In this document: in pieces, positions 22,671-35,570 of the stretch
Position numbering within the stretch: position 1 is the stretch's first letter
Layout: each line of letters starts with the position of its first letter
Assembly (NCBI GenBank): GCA_023920165.1
Contig: CP089275.1
Location: 2,356,001 to 2,420,000 of the forward strand
From: Curvularia clavata
Lineage: Eukaryota
Length of the DNA: 64,000 bases
Reading direction: 5' to 3'
Notes under the pieces: generated by a model
The model's input: only the letters and a program-made list of their open reading frames with translations
What the model was told of the DNA's origin: nothing
Databases searched by the model: none
Translations under genes and position numbers: made by a program

Positions 22671-25600
22671 CTAAGGTGACTGTAAGAGGACCTCAAACTC
22701 AAATGGCTCACACCGCAAGGTATACTCGTCTAGAGTCCTAGGCCCACAACTGCCACTGCCCAAGCCATGGTGCTGAGCATCCAGCCTCAATACAACCTCC
22801 TCTCGCTTCTTCTTCCTCAGCTCATGCGGGTGACCTGCAGCAGCCACGTCCTTCATCCTGTAGTGACTGGCCTGGAAGTCAAATAGCTTCTTCTCTACAT
22901 CCGATTTACCCGCGAACTGAGCGAGTAGTCCTGCGCCACTGCCGTCGGTGACACGGAGATAGCGAGTATCCGTGCGATTTGCTGATTCCTGAGGAACCTC
23001 ATAGTCTACCCACAGCTCGCCGATGCTCGAGGCGGTGTATTTGCCGACAGGCTGAGAGAGTTTGCTGTCGCGGTACGACTCGCCAAAGCCACGGCCAAAC
23101 CACTCAATTTGCTGGAATTGCTTGGGGAGCTCCATGACAAGGCCAATACGCGGGAGCGTGCGAGGCAGATTCTGGCCCTTTGGTGTACCAGCAACGTGCA
23201 CAGACACTGTTCCACTGGCACTGCATGTGTAGGTCAGAGTGGTATCAATAGACCAGGAGAGCACAGGAGGCGCAACGCGCTGTTGTACGGTAATCTTCAG
23301 ACTATCCGCACCTTGTTGTGACCACTCGACCTTACGGGTAGCCGTCTTGGCGTGCTGAAGGTGCTTGTCTTTCCAATCCCAACCGTCTTGGGGTATGTCA
23401 TTGTCGGTAGGAGCGCGGAAGATGTCAAACTCTGGTGCTTTGGAGATGAGTTCGGTGGAGCCCTGCACCCACGAAGTAAGAGTGCCATGAATAATATTGA
23501 ACTTCCATGTGGCATCATCGGCCGTGATCTTAATGACGGCCTTGGACTCGACCTCGACCTTGATCTGCTTGCCCTTAGCATCGGCTCGCTGCAGCGGTGC
23601 AACCGGAGTAATCGAGATCTGTGCGGTGGCGACCTCAAAGCCTGCCTGGAGGTACGCGGTTGCTTCCTTCAATTGGAAGGAGACGCTGAGCAAGGTTTCT
23701 CCCTTGGATCCCTCAACTTTCGGAAGCTGCAGCTCAAACGTTTGACCTGGCAAGACACCAGTTGGGATTTCCAGGGTTCCAGACTCGGCACCATTTCCGG
23801 ATTCGGAAGTTGTAGTGTACTTGCATGTCAAATGATCAAGCGTAACAAAGTCATATCTGTTGATGAACGTGGCTTTCGAGGCACTCGATTCCAGAAGCTG
23901 CACTGGCTCGATAGCCTTTTTGTATTCAATCAGCCCCGTGTTCGGCTTATGGTCCGAGTTAACGAGTCCGTCCATGACAAATGTCGCATCATGAACTTCT
24001 TCGTCAAAGTCTCCACCGTATGCGTAGAATTCTTCTCCTGTTTGCTTGTCCTTGGTGAGAAGGCCGTGGTTGGCCCATTCCCAGGCGAAGCCACCTTGCA
24101 GAGTGGGATACTTGTAGAAGGCGTCGATATACTCCTTGATGTTTCCTGGACCGTTGCCCATTGCATGTACCTAACACAGTCAGCTAGATCGGTAATGGTC
24201 AAGGGCATGCTACTTACAAATTCACACAAAATAAGCGGCTTCTTCTTCTCCTTGTCTTCGCCGAAGCGAACAATCTCGTCAATCGGAGGATACATCCTTG
24301 AGTACATGTCCATTGTGTCGGCATAGATGTCGGCTTCGTAGTGGATGGGCCGGCTGTCGTCATATGCCTTGATGTGCTCATACATAGCTACAAAGTTGCA
24401 GCCCATGAATGCTTCATTACCCAAACTCCAGATAATGATCGAAGGGTGCATTTGGTCTCTCTTCACAAGCGCTTCGGCACGATCAACATAGGCGTGAGTC
24501 CAATCTTTGTTGTTTGTTGTCCATTCGGCAGCTTCCTTGCGAGTGAGCAGCTGGCGCTCACGGAAAGGCAGGGCACGCTGTTCACTGTTCAGGGCTGCAT
24601 CCGAGATGCTCTCGAATCCGTGGCATTCCACATCTGCCTCGTCTATGACCCAGAAGCCCATCTCATCCGCGAGATCATACAGCCGTGGGTCATTCGGTTG
24701 ATGCGATGTGCGAATAGCATTGATGTTGTGGCTCTTCATAGTCAACAGGTCTTCTTTCATGAACTCGTACGGCACAGCACGACCACAGGTGGGGTGATGC
24801 TCGTGGCGGTTAACTCCACGGAAGACGACTCTTTTACCATTGACCAAGAGCAAACCATTCTTCATCTCAACCTGCCTGAAACCGATGCGCTGGGCAACGA
24901 CTTGGTCGCCAATAGACACCACCAGGTGGTAGAGATTTGGCGACTCGGCAGTCCATTTCAAGGGGTTCTTGGCCTGAATGCTGAGCTTGGTTTCGCCACT
25001 GTTGTCAATCTGCGTTTCTACCGAAGCAACCTCCTGCTTCTTGGCGTCTAATAACTTTGCCACGAGCTTGCCAGATCCCGTGGCGGTGATCTTGAGCTTG
25101 AGCTCGGCATCAGTGTAGGAAGAGTCGAGAAGCGTTTGTGCAAAAACATTGTCGATTCTGGACTCCTTGGGGAAACCAACCAGAGAAACATCTCGGAAAC
25201 TGCTGTGGTGAGCGCCGAAGACAGCAGGAGAATAGCCGAAACTTACATGCCGCTCAGCCACCACTGATCCTGATCTTCAATGTAGGTGCCATCACAGTGC
25301 TGGTAGACCCTGACAGCCAACGTGTTCTCCCCATTGAGATCGGCCAGGGAGGTGATGTCAAATTCGTCGGGATTCCTACTGCCTTGGGAATAGCCGACTT
25401 CTTTTCCATTGACCCATACATGGTAGGCGGCGTCAACGCCTTCAAATCGAAGACGGATCTGGCTGTCCTTGAGCGATTGGGGAATCTGGAACTTGCGGAC
25501 GTAGGAGCCCGTCTCGTTCTCGGTAAAGGGAACATTGGGCGGGTCCACGGGAATGTGGAAAATGACATTGGTATACTGCGGACCTTTGCCAAAGCCTTGC

Positions 25601-25920
25601 AGCTGCCACATGCCTGGTACGGCAATGTCGCTCCATGACGAAGTGTCAAAGGTAGTTGACTCGAAGCCATCGGGAGCCTCGAATGGCGAATAAGCGTGGT
25701 GAAACTTCCATGTGCCAGACAGGGAGTGAGTCAGGGACTTAGATATGTCGGCGCTGAGGGCATCGGCCTCTGTGGTGTAGTTGTGAAAGTAGGCGCGTGC
25801 GGGTAGCGTGTTCCTGTGTAGGACCTGGAGGTTATTCCAGTCTGGAACGCTCTCTGGGTGCTGACCTGAAGCCATGGCTGACGAGACCAGAGCTGACAAT
25901 GATGGTACATTCGTGCCCAT
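22671..25920 (-). CDS. Intracellular beta-galactosidase, glycoside hydrolase family 2 (LacZ/LAC4 type)
   Basis: Motifs RFEGVD, EDQDQWWLSGIFRDV, GVNRHEHHP, IIIWSLGNE (acid/base), ILCEFVHAMGNGPG (nucleophile) and GLGSGSCGP. Introns 25200-25246 and 24171-24217. Alternative start ATG at 25875; no clear signal peptide. Confidence 0.95.
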
Positions 25921-26748
25921 TTACGTACCTCTATGCCTTCACCTCATACTACGACCCCGCGTGCGGTCGCTGATGGTCGGATTGGGGAAGCCGCCCGTGT
26001 CTACACAGTAAAGCCGAGCCGCTGTTTTGCCGATTGGCGGGAGCCGTTGGCGTGAAGAGACGGAATGCGCTTGCATCGGAATAGGAATGGCACGATGTCC
26101 GGGCGCAAGCGAAAGCCGATGCGGCTTCCGGATGGGATACCATATATGGCTAGCCCGCTTCTCCAGACTCTCCGCAAAATTTTCTCCACGCCCCGCTGCC
26201 AGGCCTACTACACCAAAAAGACTCGCCCGCCGGGCGTATCTTGAATCAAGATTGCACCGAGCCGCCCAACCCCCTGATTCGTGGCCATCATGAGATGCTC
26301 GCGCGTGGCGCCCTGCACCCAGTGCGTTCAGGCAGGTGCCGCCGCTGCTGTCCTGCATCTGGACCTCGATCCGCCCCACAGGACGACCTTTTCCTTGGCT
26401 TGTGACATGTTCATGGCCTAGCGTTCTGGTGAGATGGCCTCTCCGTCTCGTCTCCGTTCCCAAAGCGGTCTTGCTGCCGCCCATCAAGCATCCTTGGTTT
26501 AACGGCGCCCAGCCCGTCCTCGACCATCGGCCTTCTGAAGCAGAGACCACGTCCGGGACCATGACAAGCATGGCAAATGCCTCGGCGCCGTGCCATGGGG
26601 TTGCAGATGCTTCTGTCTAGTTTGCGGAGAAGCCTGAACACTACATATAAGATGACCCAGAGTCCTGGGTTCTCGCAAGCTGTCGAGTGGAGCGCGATTC
26701 CATATTTTTCTTCTCCACAACCCGAGCAGTCAGTCCAACACAGACAAG
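25921..26748. promoter_or_regulatory. Shared divergent promoter of the beta-galactosidase and sugar permease, with clustered CreA/Mig1-type SYGGRG sites
   Basis: Head-to-head genes. CTCCAG (26161), CTCCGC (26170), CTCCAC (26184) and CCCCGC (26191) all read SYGGRG on the minus strand. Confidence 0.6.
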
Positions 26749-28568
26749 ATGGCAGAAAAGGACGACATGGGCGCTGTCACGCACCAACTCAGTGCCGTCG
26801 ACGACGATGTGAAGCACAAGACGGTCAAGGAGACCAATGTTGCTTCGGTTGCACTTGGTAAGCCATCGCCAATCCTGCGGTGGTATTAGCAATGCTAACA
26901 CCGTGTAGCCGCTGCTATCGAGGCCGAGAAACCAAAACTATGGTCTCGAGGAATGATCCAGCTTTACATGATCATGGGCGTGGGATACCTCGTCTCCACG
27001 CTCAATGGTTTCGACAGTTCGCTGATGGGCTCAATCAACGCCATGGAGGGTTATCAAAAAACCTTTGGTCTGACCGGCGCCGGATCCGGTACCGGTATCA
27101 TCTTCATCATCTATAACCTGGGACAGATTGCAGCCTTCCCCTTCTGTGGACTGCTCGCCGACGGCTGGGGTCGCCGTATCTGCATCTTCGTTGGCTGTGC
27201 GCTTGTACTCGTCGGAACTGCGGTTCAAGCAACAGCTCATGAAATGGGCCACTTTATTGGCGGTCGCTTCATCCTCGGATTTGGTGCCTCTATCGCCTCG
27301 GCGGCGGGCCCTGCGTACACTGTAGAGCTTGCCCATCCCGCTTACCGTGGAACCATGGCGGGCATGTACAACAACTTCTGGTGGGTTGGTAACATTATAG
27401 CCGGTTGGACGACCTACGGAACCAACTTGCACTTCGGAAACAGTTCGTGGTGCTGGAGGATTCCAACCATTGTCCAATGCATTTTGCCCACCATTGTCAT
27501 GGTTTTGATCATGTGTAAGTGCCCTCTTATACGTTTGCTACGACGACAAAAACTCACGTACATTCAGTTTTCCCTGAGACGCCACGATGGTTGTTGGCAC
27601 ACGACAGGCGCGAGGAGGCTATTGCCATTATGGCCAAGTACCACGGCAATGGCAACGCGGATTCTCCCATTGTGCAGCTTCAACTCCGCGAAATCACCGA
27701 GGACTTTGCTCTAACCAGAAATGAAAACGCATGGTGGGATTTCCGTGAGCTCGTCAACACCCGAGCGGCGAGGTACCGATTGGCGATGGTGATTGCTATG
27801 GCGTTCTTCGGTCAATGGAGTGGAAATAACGTCGTCTCATACTTTATGCCTGCCATGGTAAGTCAGGGATCCATGTCATCTTACATCAAATGCAAGCAAC
27901 AAACCAGCTTAGCAAACTGCATATCAGCCCCTACCTCACGCAAAACTGACTCGTCGTTTTAGATCAAGAACGCCGGTATCGAGAGTTCTAACAAGCAGCT
28001 CCTTATCAGCGCGATCAACCCCATCTTCTCTCTGCTGGCAGCCATCTACGGTGCGACCCTCCTCGACACTCTTGGTCGCCGCAAGATGCTTATGGGCGGT
28101 CTCTGGGGCGGTCTCTTCTCCTACATTCTGCTGACTGCCTTCACCGCAACCGCCAAGCCCGAGAATAACCTCGCGTATGGCACCATTGTTTCCATCTACC
28201 TCTTTGGTATCTTCTTTGCATGGGGCTGGACACCTCTACAGACGCTCTACTCTGTCGAGTGTCTGGAGAACCGCACTCGCGCAAAGGGATCCGGTCTCAA
28301 CTTTTTGTTCCTCAACATTGCCATGGTGGTCAACACATACGGTATCTCGGTCGGTATTGAGGCCATTGGTTGGAAACTTTATCTCGTGTACATTGCGTGG
28401 ATCTGTGTCGAGATTGCCGTCATTTTCTTCTTCTTTGTCGAGACGGCTGGCAAGACGCTCGAAGAGCTCAAGGAGATTTTCGAGGCTCCCAACCCCAGGA
28501 ACGCCAGTCTGCGCAAGACAAAGGTCGAGATTGACTCGGCTGGTCAGGTTGTCAATGTTCACGAGTAA
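26749..28568 (+). CDS. MFS sugar porter, lactose/cellodextrin permease type (LAC12/LacpA-like)
   Basis: Motifs NGFDSSLMGSINAM, DGWGRR, ELAHPAYRG, PETPRWL, GQWSGNNVVSYF and VETAGKTLEE. Introns ~26858-26908, ~27515-27567 and ~27858-27962. Confidence 0.92.
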
Positions 28569-29856
28569 ACGAGTATGTGTGATGAGGTGTGATGCATCAT
28601 GAGCAAGAGAGGAGGGCAAGTGTTATAGTTGTGTGTTTTCATTAGAAAACGCATGCCGTATTTTATTTTTTAATAATATCATTACATTGATGATCAAACC
28701 AATCACGTCTGTGACTCGCTGCTTCGACGTCCTCTGCTACCGTTTTGATGTCGATTCATCGCGATGTGAATCTCGATGGCGATTTCAATGGCGCACGTCA
28801 CATACTATATGACTGAGCTGATGTGATTCGCACCTTTCCTCTTTCGTCACGGATGGCGTTTGCTACCCCTCTTTCACTTCTATTCGAAACGTCAAACAGA
28901 ATCAGGCCCTCATACTCGTATACTTTCTATCTCCCACCACGCCCTCCTGTTCGTGCAATCAGCCAAGCACAAGAACCAACTTAGAACCCGTAGAACACCA
29001 GGTCCCAGAAAGCTACAGCCCCTCTATCTCCTTTAGCAGCGCCGGAAAAGAAAAGAAAATCAAAATCCCCTCATGAAAAGGCCGAGACGGAAGAAAAAGT
29101 AATCTCAAGGACGACATTGCCATATAGACCCCTTTCAGCCTAGCTTGTCCTCCCTTGCTTCTCTCACATGCTCGCTTAGGCCAATCTACACCTACGACTC
29201 TACTACATGCGTCCGACTTTCCCATCTCTCGTTGCTTTTGGTTGGCATAACTTGCTTTTTCCTTCCTCTTACTTTCGCCCGGCTACATAGGCTATGCGCA
29301 AACAAGCAACATTCACACGCGCATGCATACATACACGTTGCATACTGCATATGCACGCCATGGGTTATCGCGCCGTGTCGCTTCACTTTCTTGCTCCTTT
29401 TTTTTTCGCCCCATGCCAGGTTTCTTTTGCAAAGTGTTGCGGATATTTATTGCTTTTTACAACCGGGCTTCCTTTTCTGGGCATCGTCACATGGATTTTG
29501 GGCAAAGGGCGGTGGCGGTGGCGGTGGAAACGGGGGGTGAGGTGGGGGGAGTGATTGGTACATGGGTGGAGGGGGAAGAAAAAGAAGGGAGGGGAGGGGG
29601 CCTGATTACATGCAGTAGTCGTACATATGTTTGTCTGCGTTGTGCCAGATGTGAGGTGTTCGCAGCTGGTATCAGTCATGTGCTCTTGTTCAGCTTGGGG
29701 CTACACCTAATTTTGGGTTGGGGTTGGGATGGACAACGGCAAGGATACATTGGGTGGGATGGAAAAGGTGCGTGAAAGTGTGGGTTTATGAGTAGTATCC
29801 CAGTCTTCAGCTCACGTCTGGTGTGCCACTTGTATGTCTGTCAGTTAGTCCGCCTC

Positions 29857-30679
29857 CTATCCGATTTCCATTTCATCTACCGCTGCAACTGCCCGCTCTT
29901 TTCTCAAAGCCTCTTTCTTTGCTCTTCTTGCCAATGCCTTGGATTTACCTTTGCCAGAACCAAGCTTGCGGTACTCTTCCAGAGACATGCCTCGTCTCTC
30001 TGCGGCGGCCATCTGAGCCTGCAATGTCTTGTCTTCGGAGACATCCTTCATTTCCGCGCCATTCTTCTCTTTGCGGGCTTGCATTCTCGCAAGATTCTGA
30101 CGGGTGCGCTTGTCTAAGCCGAGGTTAGCTAACATCAAATGATGAAAGAAAAAGAACAAAGCTGGCAACATGCACAACAGTCCAACGTGAAACAAACTTA
30201 CTCATCTTCTTGCCTGTAGATTGGGCATCTACCATCATGCCATGGTCACCGCTTGCTGGCTGATCGGTAACTGATGAATCATGTTAGCTCATGTTTCAGC
30301 TCACCGGCTCGCCTGCATCGAAAAGTAATTCAGGGTGCAGAGTGATTGACGGCGTGCATGAACCGACAGTACCCTACAAAACACGTGACTTACCGGTCTG
30401 AGCATTGGTGATAGAGGTCGAGAAGGCATCGCCCAGGACATCGACTAGCTCGTCGGCCAGCGCGCCCATTTTGCGCCTGTCCTTTTGTTTCTTCTTTTTG
30501 GACTTGTGCGCAGGTACCTGGCCTTTGGCCTGGCTTGGTGAAGGGCTCCGCTGGCTGCGCTGTGATTGGTCACTGTCGCTGGCATCTGAAAATTGTTCCT
30601 CGCCCAGCCGGAATCCCGTGTTCGCAGCCATGATGGGAGTCGCCGTGGTTGGGCCTGGTGCCGGAATGGCAGGCGTCAT
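29857..30679 (-). CDS. Small basic hypothetical protein (K/R-rich, possibly nuclear or nucleolar)
   Basis: Three exons joined in frame by canonical introns 30271-30393 and 30114-30201 (GTAAGT...GCTAAC...YAG), linking ORFs 30374..30685 and 29857..30195. Confidence 0.7.
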
Positions 30680-31177
30680 GTTCAATTAATCGAGGATAGA
30701 TAGAGTAAGGTAGCAAGACAGATGCAGAAGGTGGACCCCAAGAATGCATGTAGGAAGTCAAGGCTCGGCACAAATTTTGTCCGGCGCATGTGATTCGGTC
30801 GTCAGCTTCTGTATTATCGAGGTACCAAATGCTGTGTCGCGTTTACGCGCTCTATCATCTAGCTCGTTTTCCGCCTTTTGAAGTAATGTAGAATGCTATG
30901 CACAAATGCCGCCCCTAGAATAGAAGGTGAAAAAAGAGAATAAGGAGATTGGAGACAAAGGAATGACGGCTAAAAAAAAAATGTCGCCTCGCCCAGTTCC
31001 GCGGAGGAGCGAGTGCAGAGAGTTGAAGAAAATAAGTCAAAGGAAATTCGTGAATCGTGAATGCATGTCCAAGCACCCGGTTTGACAGCCGACCTGGCCA
31101 GTCCTTGTTGCGCCCAACTCCAATACCAAAGCCTTCTTGATCCCAACTCCAGCCCAAGTCAATATCGAAGCCTAATG

Positions 31178-32023
31178 CTACTCATCGCCATCATCATCGT
31201 CAACGAAGAAGCCCCAAAAGAGGACTTCCTCGTTTTCGCAGCCCTGCAGGCGGCCCCCGTATATGTCTGCGCACATTTCAATGGGCACCTCGAGCTTGAT
31301 GCAGCCATTGCCGAGAAAGGTAAACAGCAACCAGGAGTCGTATGGGGGCAGAGCCCCGTTATCGTCTGGCTTCCTGCTGAGAATACCTCGGTTTTGGAGA
31401 GAGGGCCCGGTAGGGAGGCGGAATGTGTGGTACGGTAATGTCTCCTCGGAGTCTGCGACAAAGAAGGAGTCATTGAGGGCAAGCTCAATGGAAACGCTGG
31501 GAGACTGCGCCTGCTCCAAGGGCATGTCGGTATGCGGGCCAGCCGAGTTGTTGTGGAAGCGCAGGGTACCGAAGCGCAGATAAGCGGGTTGGCCGAGGAG
31601 ATCAAAGAGTTCAGTCGAGTAGAGACGAAAGTAGCCGTTGTACAGAGAACCTAGGCGGTTGGTGTCGTCGTCGTCGTTGGTGTCTGTGCTGCCGTTGAGG
31701 GAGAGGTTCTGCAGCTGGTCTTCAACGCGCTTTCCCTCCAATTCGGCGGCATTCAGCGACCGGCGGATGTACGAGGGGGTGTACTTGTTGCTGAGGTCGG
31801 ATATGGCTAGCCGACAGGCCTCGCGGCGAACGCATTCGCTCGAAGCATCTTTGAGGTGTATTGTGTCGCTGGCGTCGTTGTCCTCGAGGGAGCGGAGTAG
31901 GCCAGCCTCGAAGCTCTGGACGAGCTCCTCGAACTCGCGCATCACCCGGACAAGAGGGGAAGAATCGGCGGCGGCAGGGGATATGGCGTCGCGTGAGACT
32001 CCGCTGGTCTTGAGTGTGGCCAT
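31178..32023 (-). CDS. Hypothetical protein (~281 aa, intronless)
   Basis: ATG at 32023 (MATLKTSG), GC3-rich codon usage and a globular-looking C-terminal part (WLLFTFLGNGCIKLEVP). Confidence 0.7.
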   Translation of the reverse strand: MATLKTSGVSRDAISPAAADSSPLVRVMREFEELVQSFEAGLLRSLEDNDASDTIHLKDASSECVRREACRLAISDLSNKYTPSYIRRSLNAAELEGKRVEDQLQNLSLNGSTDTNDDDDTNRLGSLYNGYFRLYSTELFDLLGQPAYLRFGTLRFHNNSAGPHTDMPLEQAQSPSVSIELALNDSFFVADSEETLPYHTFRLPTGPSLQNRGILSRKPDDNGALPPYDSWLLFTFLGNGCIKLEVPIEMCADIYGGRLQGCENEEVLFWGFFVDDDDGDE

Positions 32024-34563
32024 TGGAAGGGAGCGGGGGAAGCCGTTGGCCAGTACGGAGCGTGGTCGGAGGGTGGCAGGTGGTGGTGGAGGAGGATGAG
32101 CAGGACCAGCAGCAGTGAGCGACGGCTGGAACGAGACGGCTGGGAGACGAGGGCGGTGGTGTGAGGGGGGAGGGGGTGAGTGTGGTGGTAGTGGTGGTGG
32201 TGGGTATGCAGCGGTCGCTCGGCTGGTGCAGGTCCGGCTGGCACTGGTGAGCAGGAGAGGGGAGGAGTGAAGCGGGCGGCGGTGCAAGTCGTCAAGGTAC
32301 AGGTAATCGGCCGTTAGTCGTGATTAGCAAGTCGCAAAACAACAACAAGAGCAGAAGAGTAGAGTCCGGCGGCTTGGACGTGCATCAGGGGACAAAGGGC
32401 GTCGGGTCTTGGGCGAGGCAGCATGAGATTTTGACGCGGGTGGCATGCGCCAAGAAGCTGGGATAGAGTTGCTTCCTCTTCCAGCCCGCCGGCCTGCGCT
32501 ACTGCATCCCCGGCCAATGAGGGCGAGGGCGACAGGGCGGCGGGCGACGGGCGACGGGCGACGCGCTGCGAAGGCGCTTTGCTGGCCGTGACGGTGACGA
32601 GCACAATGGGCCTGCAGGGGCACAACGTCGCATGCTCGCGCGGCCGGGCGCTAATTGTTGCTTCTGCTCGACGGCCGTCCGCCGACTTGGGCGCGCGCTG
32701 CGTGGGTGCATTGCTCCAGCCCAGTGCAGTCCACTCGACGAGCGAGACGAGAGAGACGAGACGAGACCCAGGCGTCGCTCCTGCTCTCGGTGGAGTCTGC
32801 GCCTGCGAACCGCTGCGCCGGTACCCAATCAGCGCCCGCGACTAACCGGCCCGTATAGAATTGACTGGGGCGGGCCGATGAGACGAGACACGCACTTCAC
32901 ATGGGCGACTGTTAGCTCGCAGCCGACCAGCCCTCAGCGGCTGACACGGCGACTCTGCCTGCCGACGACGGCAACGCGCCATGCAGCAGCACACAAGACA
33001 GACGACAAGACTACTTTGTACATAGCAGCGCTGCAACAGCGTACCCCACGCTCCTGCCGCTTTGGTCGGCGTGGCTGCCGTTGCCGTTGGCTCTTCTTTC
33101 CTGTCCAGTCCGTGTCTCGCTCCTGCCTGTCCGTCATTCGCTCCTGCCCGCCATGATCGACGCTGGTCGAACGCGCCTTCCTCACAGTGTGCATCAACCC
33201 CCCGAAATCGCCGCTGCCTGTCACTGACTGCCCTCCTCTGCCTCCAGTCAGCCGCCCATCTGGTGCTGACCACGCTGCCACGCTACAATGCTGCCACACT
33301 GAGAACCGTCAGCACTCCACCCCCACCATCCAGCCTGTGAACTGCTGCTGCTGCTGCTCCTGCCAGGCCCCAACTCGCACTACAAAGACTTTCCAATGTC
33401 TCGGGTTCCGGCACCACGTCGGCTTCCGTACCTGCCTCCATCCATGCATGCATTCCCATTGTCCCCGTCCTGTATCCGCCCATGGCCTCAGGTGCAGCCC
33501 TCATCTGCCTGTTTCCTTCGCCGCCTACCTCAACCTCGAATCAGTCATTACGTCACTTGCTGACGCCCCTCCCTCAGCTCCTTCTGTATGTACAGCGGAG
33601 AAAAAAAAACCGCTTCGCCGCAACCCCACGCGCCTCGCCAGTCAGCCGAGAGGGTATGACTATTGCCTTCTCGCTTGCTCCATCCTGCTTACCCGTTAGG
33701 CCAACCCGACCCCAAGAAAGTCCCACGGCAACCTATCGAATCGGGCGTCCGATTCTAATTCTCCCTCCCGATACTACATATGCACGTGCTTCGGCTACCC
33801 ATCCTCTCTGGATAGCCCTGGCCGCCTCTGTTCAAGGCCTCATGGCCCGCTGCGTCATCTGCCATTACCGGTTTTTTTGATCCCCGGGCAGCGAATAGAC
33901 ACGTGATGACACTTGGATCCCTGCCTTGGTTGTTGCCAACGTGCGACAGCACTGCATATTGGCTGTGGCTGTAGAGTAACCGTCGAGACGTGTCTACAAC
34001 TTCCTGATTAGTGCATACTGAGTACTAAACTAGTGTATACCCCTCGTCAGAACATGAGTATGCTAGCGGCCATGTAATGCTCCCCTTCATGCCAGTCTAA
34101 GAAGCTGCTTTTCCCAATTACATCGCATAAACCCACCACCGTACATATACCGTATATGGAGAAACAAATCTCCACAATCTTATCCTCTGTACTTACTCCA
34201 ATGACACATATACATGTTACTCAAACATCCCTCAGACAACCACCCCGCCTTTACACAATCGCTGCATAGTACTTCAACGTGCTTGCGCCCTGCACACCAG
34301 CTGATGACGACGACGATCTAGCAGCAGCAGGAACCATGTACGTCTTGTAATCCAACACATCCGTCATCCAGTTCTCGGCATCGATGCTTGCCATGGCGTG
34401 GTTGAGGAGCGCTAGCTGGTCACTGTGACGAATAAATCAATCAATCATTATCATAATCAATGCCTGTTGTATTCGGCCCCATTTGTCCAAGAACATGTCG
34501 AGAGAGAAAGAATTGGAACAAAAGAAACATGCAACAACAGTCGACACACCAATGCGGATAGAA

Positions 34564-35570
34564 TTACCTTTTAGAATACCGCTGGACGAGCTCTAGATCC
34601 CGCTCGTGCTGGCCCGCTATAGTGTAGAACCAATATCCCTCTGCCTTTCTCCACCATCGATTCGGCAGGTATGCTTCACTGATGATAACAATTAGTACAC
34701 GGAAAAGGCCCCACATTTAGGTCTCGCCCTTGTTACGTACAGCATATAATATTCGTCGCGCTGGTACGGAAATTCCAGGCTCGGTGGTCCATGTTTGGAC
34801 AAGAAAGCATCCGTCTCTGCCGCAGCCTCAGCGTCCGTCATGTCCACATGCATGCGCTTGTTGCCCCGGTTTTTCGAGTGTCGCCGTATAGCGCGCACAG
34901 TGCTATCAAGGTGTAGCGCGAGAATAGCGGCGTGCCACAATGGATTCTCAACGGCTTTGCGTGCTATGCGACCGTGGCGTGCGACCAACTCGCGGTTCCA
35001 CTCTGGCAATTGTCCACGCGCTATCATAGGTATCGGAGTGCCGCTATCGAGATGGTCCTGCCAGTGCGAAAAGTCGAGTACGAGTCCGAGATTATTCCAC
35101 GTAAGGATGCATGTTAGACATGTACACAGCTGCTGCGGATCCGGCGATTGGATGTGCTGGTACGGTCGGTTGTGTATGCTGAGTTGCTTCTGGCGGCCGG
35201 GATCTATGAGAAGGGCTTGCACGTCAGGATGGATGTCGCTCAATAGCTTGGGCGTGGGTAGGCATCGAACGAGGATATTGTAACGTCGCGCAATGATGGC
35301 ATCGCCAATCACACTTGCATTGGCCTCGACAAGCCCGTAGAATCGCCGGTTAACAAAGCCAAAGCTGAAAACGTCGCGCGGACGAAGGTACTTGAGACAT
35401 TCTAATAGCAACTCGGTAGGCAACTTTGAGAGATTGACAACGGCATCGCGTTTCTGCTGTCGCGTGGCAATCTTGCGTTTCATACGCTCCGTCTTCTTGT
35501 TCCTGAGTGGGAGGGCTGCCGTCTTGTCCTCAAGCGGCTCGTCGTCATCGCTGACAAAGTGTCGTGGCAT
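34564..35570 (-). CDS. F-box domain protein
   Basis: F-box LSKLPTELLLECLKYLRPRDVFSFGFVNRRF. Intron 34679-34740 gives YYML-EAYLPNRWW...SKR*. A possible extra exon extends to 34251. Confidence 0.85.

Noticed and set aside
25978..25993. CGG-N10-CCG as a Gal4/Lac9 site in the lac-type promoter
   Set aside because: Gal4/Lac9 needs N11 spacing, and CGG triplets are frequent in this GC-rich DNA.
32300..33950. Many overlapping 60-170 aa ORFs in GC-rich DNA
   Set aside because: Low-complexity R/A/P translations with no codon bias or splice structure; likely regulatory or intergenic.
34251..34394. 47-aa ORF as an a-factor-like pheromone precursor
   Set aside because: It ends in AAIV, lacking the cysteine of a CaaX box, and has no internal repeats.
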